Source: Zootoca vivipara (lineage: Eukaryota). Taken from it: 64,000 bases of DNA. Made by a program: the position numbers and the translations under genes. Under the pieces are notes generated by a model. That model worked only from the letters and a program-made list of their open reading frames with translations. It did no database searches and was not told where the DNA came from. Every line of letters begins with the position of its first letter. Position 1 is the first letter of the stretch. Location of the stretch: NCBI RefSeq assembly GCF_963506605.1, contig NC_083292.1, forward strand, positions 31,558,001-31,622,000. Reading direction: 5' to 3'. Shown here piece after piece: positions 61,402 to 64,000 of the stretch.

Positions 61402-63139
61402 ATGGCAGTACCCCATTACTGGATGCCCATCGTCTTTTTCCGGATTTGGAAGCAGTTCAAACCGTAGCCAATAAAAGACTAATGGAGGGAAATACCCTGG
61501 ATCTGTTTGTGATGTCTGGCAAGCTGGTTTATATGCCAAGAAGACACCGTGCACCCTCTGCAGAGACTTTAGTATAGTATATTGTCAGTAGAAGCTGTGG
61601 CAGGGGAGAAAATCTGCTTCCTTCTGGATTAAAAAAAAACCCCAAGCACCATGTATTCTATGTAAATATTTAACTGGATTTAATTAAATCAAGCTGTTTC
61701 TGCATCAGGGGCTATAGTTTCACTTAGGGGTTGCCCCTCCATGTTTTTTATCTTAATTGCAGCAGCATGCAAAGGGAAGTGGAAGGAAGAGGTTCCTCCC
61801 TCCCTCCCACAACACAATTTGTGAAATAGGTCAGGGAGGGACACTGGCTTCAATAAGGGATTTAAAGGACCCAGAACTAATTTATAAATTGTTGAGTGCT
61901 GTTAAAAGAGGCTGTTACAGTTGCAAGAGACACCAATTCCTACAATTGCACAACATGACCTATCTAAAAGAGCAGCTCAAATGCCAACCATCCAGGACCC
62001 TGATAGAAGGTTTGTCCAATTGGCAGTGACCCCATAAGCAGCATGGCCTTGTCAGTGGTGGCTCCTCATCTGTGTAATTCCCCCGCCCCCCAATTGAGAT
62101 GCATCTGTCTTCCTCATGAACAATCAGGTGAAATTTAAAAACAGTCCTCTTCACCCTGGTCTTTTGATACCTGAAATATACTGTTTCTAGGAACTTTGAA
62201 ATTATTAGCTGCGAGGGCAGGTGGCTGGTTTTTTTAAAAAAAGCTTTCAGGTGTCAATGTTTTAAAATTATTGCTATTCATTACATTTGTTAGTTGCTTT
62301 ATACAGTAAGTCTCAGAAGCAACTGAACAAAATTAAAACACAAAATAATATAAAAACCAGAAAATTTTTAAATGATGTACAACACAAAATTCCTAAAATG
62401 CTAATCTGACCCTACAAAAATATGAACACCATTGTGTAGAGGCTAATTTAACTACTAACGGCCTGGTAAATAAAATTGTCTTAACCTGGTGCCTAAAAGC
62501 TGACGATGATGAAGGGATGTATGTTCTTTGCTACATTTTTAATTGCTTGGGAGGGGAGAGTGTGGTAGAAACTTCAATGTCTAACACTCTAATACAGGAA
62601 GGTAACATCCTCACCACCCCTACAGAGGACAGAAGCCATGACTCAACTGGCAGCATATGAGAAGGTGACCAGGAAATTATCGGATATCTGGACTCTTTGT
62701 ACAGATCTATTCGCCTGAATGTCTGAGTGCTGGTTGGTCTGGACCACCCGCTTTCCTCCCTTTGCTTCTTCCCACAGAACATGTTGTCTTTGTTATGATT
62801 TGGTTTGCATTGTCTGCATTTTTCTTTCTTATTAGAAAGTTCGATTTTTAAAAAACCCTAGTAAATACATCAAAGTCCCTGGAGTAGAGAGACAAGGCAG
62901 CAGGATAGCAGCCTTTTCCTGGATGAGAGCCCCGGGCACTGCCCTCCCAATGCCAACTAGATGTCTCTGAGTGTCCGACCTCTTAACAAATGGGATAAAA
63001 GAATTCTCGCAAGAAGCAAGGAAAGAGAGAATAGGTTTTATTCATGGTGTGTGTGTGGCATGAAGAGAGGAAGTCAAGTTGCAACCTTGCCCCTCCCTCC
63101 CCGACAGGAGGGGAAGCCCAACACACTTCTCCATCGCAT

Positions 63140-63288
63140 CCAACCCCACCCCGATCGTCGCCATTGATTCGGAATCCCAGCCCCAAAACATGGCGGTGCT
63201 TTGGAGTCTCTGTGGGCAGAGTTGGTTAGGAAAACCAGGAGGGGCTGGGATGTGCGCTCCCCCCCCAGAGACAGAGCACAGGGGTCAG
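63140..63288 (+). promoter_or_regulatory. Possible promoter or first exon of the next gene
   Basis: Local CpGs, AAACATGGCGG (YY1/Kozak-like), donor-like CAG|gtgaga; no downstream exon recognised. Confidence 0.25.
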
Positions 63289-64000
63289 GTGAGAGTCACC
63301 TCCGGCAGCAAGGGAAGGAGGGGGCTGAGAGAGCGAGGAGGAGAGCCACTTCAGCTGTTGCCTTTCTTCGCTACGATCAACACAGCAGAAGGCACCAAAC
63401 CTACAGAGGAGACACAGAGAGAGGCAGAGAGTGGAAGGTAATGGGGAAAACGCACATCCAGCAGTTAGCAGGGCAGGTGAGGGGGTGTTGAGACTTTGGG
63501 TCAAAGCAAAACAGTCAATATTTATGTACTACTAGCTGGCCCAGCCACGCGTTGCTGTGGGTTTTTGTGTTAAATGGACCCTTTTCTGTTAAATGGACCT
63601 TCCCTAGAACCGGACCAGGCAACAGTCTGGGATGACGAAATGTGTGTGTTCCAATTGCGTCTGGGGGAAAACTGGCCCTCCAGATATTGGTGGACGGCAA
63701 CTCCCATCCTGAGCATTGGGCCATGTTGGCGGAGGCTGATGGGAGCTGGAGTTCAGCAGCTTCTGGATTGATTTGGATGTATTTCTAGGCTGCTTTTCAT
63801 TCAAATGAATCTCAAAACGGCTTACCAACAATACATAATAACGTAATGCGGCATAAATCGTATGAAATAATTAACAATCTACAATCTACAAAACGCTATT
63901 AACAAAATGAGCTAAAAAAAAGAGCTAACCATCACATTTACAGCAGAAGTCATATCATATGATCAACAAATCAACATGGCACTTAGAATCTATAAAACAA

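Overview
Vertebrate (squamate lizard; lacertid-like by its Sauria SINE, BovB and Penelope content, an inference) genomic DNA syntenic with human 11q12.3. Spliced genes reconstructed by eye from GT-AG junctions and protein recognition: 5' part of GANAB (-, exons 1-5 plus the 66-nt alternative exon), INTS5 (-, 2 exons, 963 aa), C11orf98 (-, 4 exons, 137 aa), CSKMT/METTL12 (+, 2 coding exons, 257 aa), LBHD1/LBH-domain gene (-, ~215 aa), UQCC3 (+, 83 aa) and a DMAC1/TMEM261 homolog (+, 87 aa). Between C11orf98 and CSKMT lies a non-coding RNA zone: a divergent TATA/5'TOP first exon, an H/ACA snoRNA whose pocket fits 18S U1045 (SNORA57-like), and two U2 snRNA genes with DSE/PSE/3' box (5' parts replaced by Ns) plus a decayed third U2 fragment. 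The most unusual structures are a ~1 kb duplicate of the GANAB promoter and exon 1 upstream of INTS5 that is splice-phase compatible with INTS5 exon 2, and a graded series of palindromic Penelope elements, two of which carry hammerhead ribozymes. The remainder is TE-rich (hAT and Tigger-like MITEs, BovB, Sauria SINE, L1, L2-like tails, solo LTRs). Most short ORFs in the supplied track are spurious. No database searches were run; gene names rest on recalled human protein sequences.
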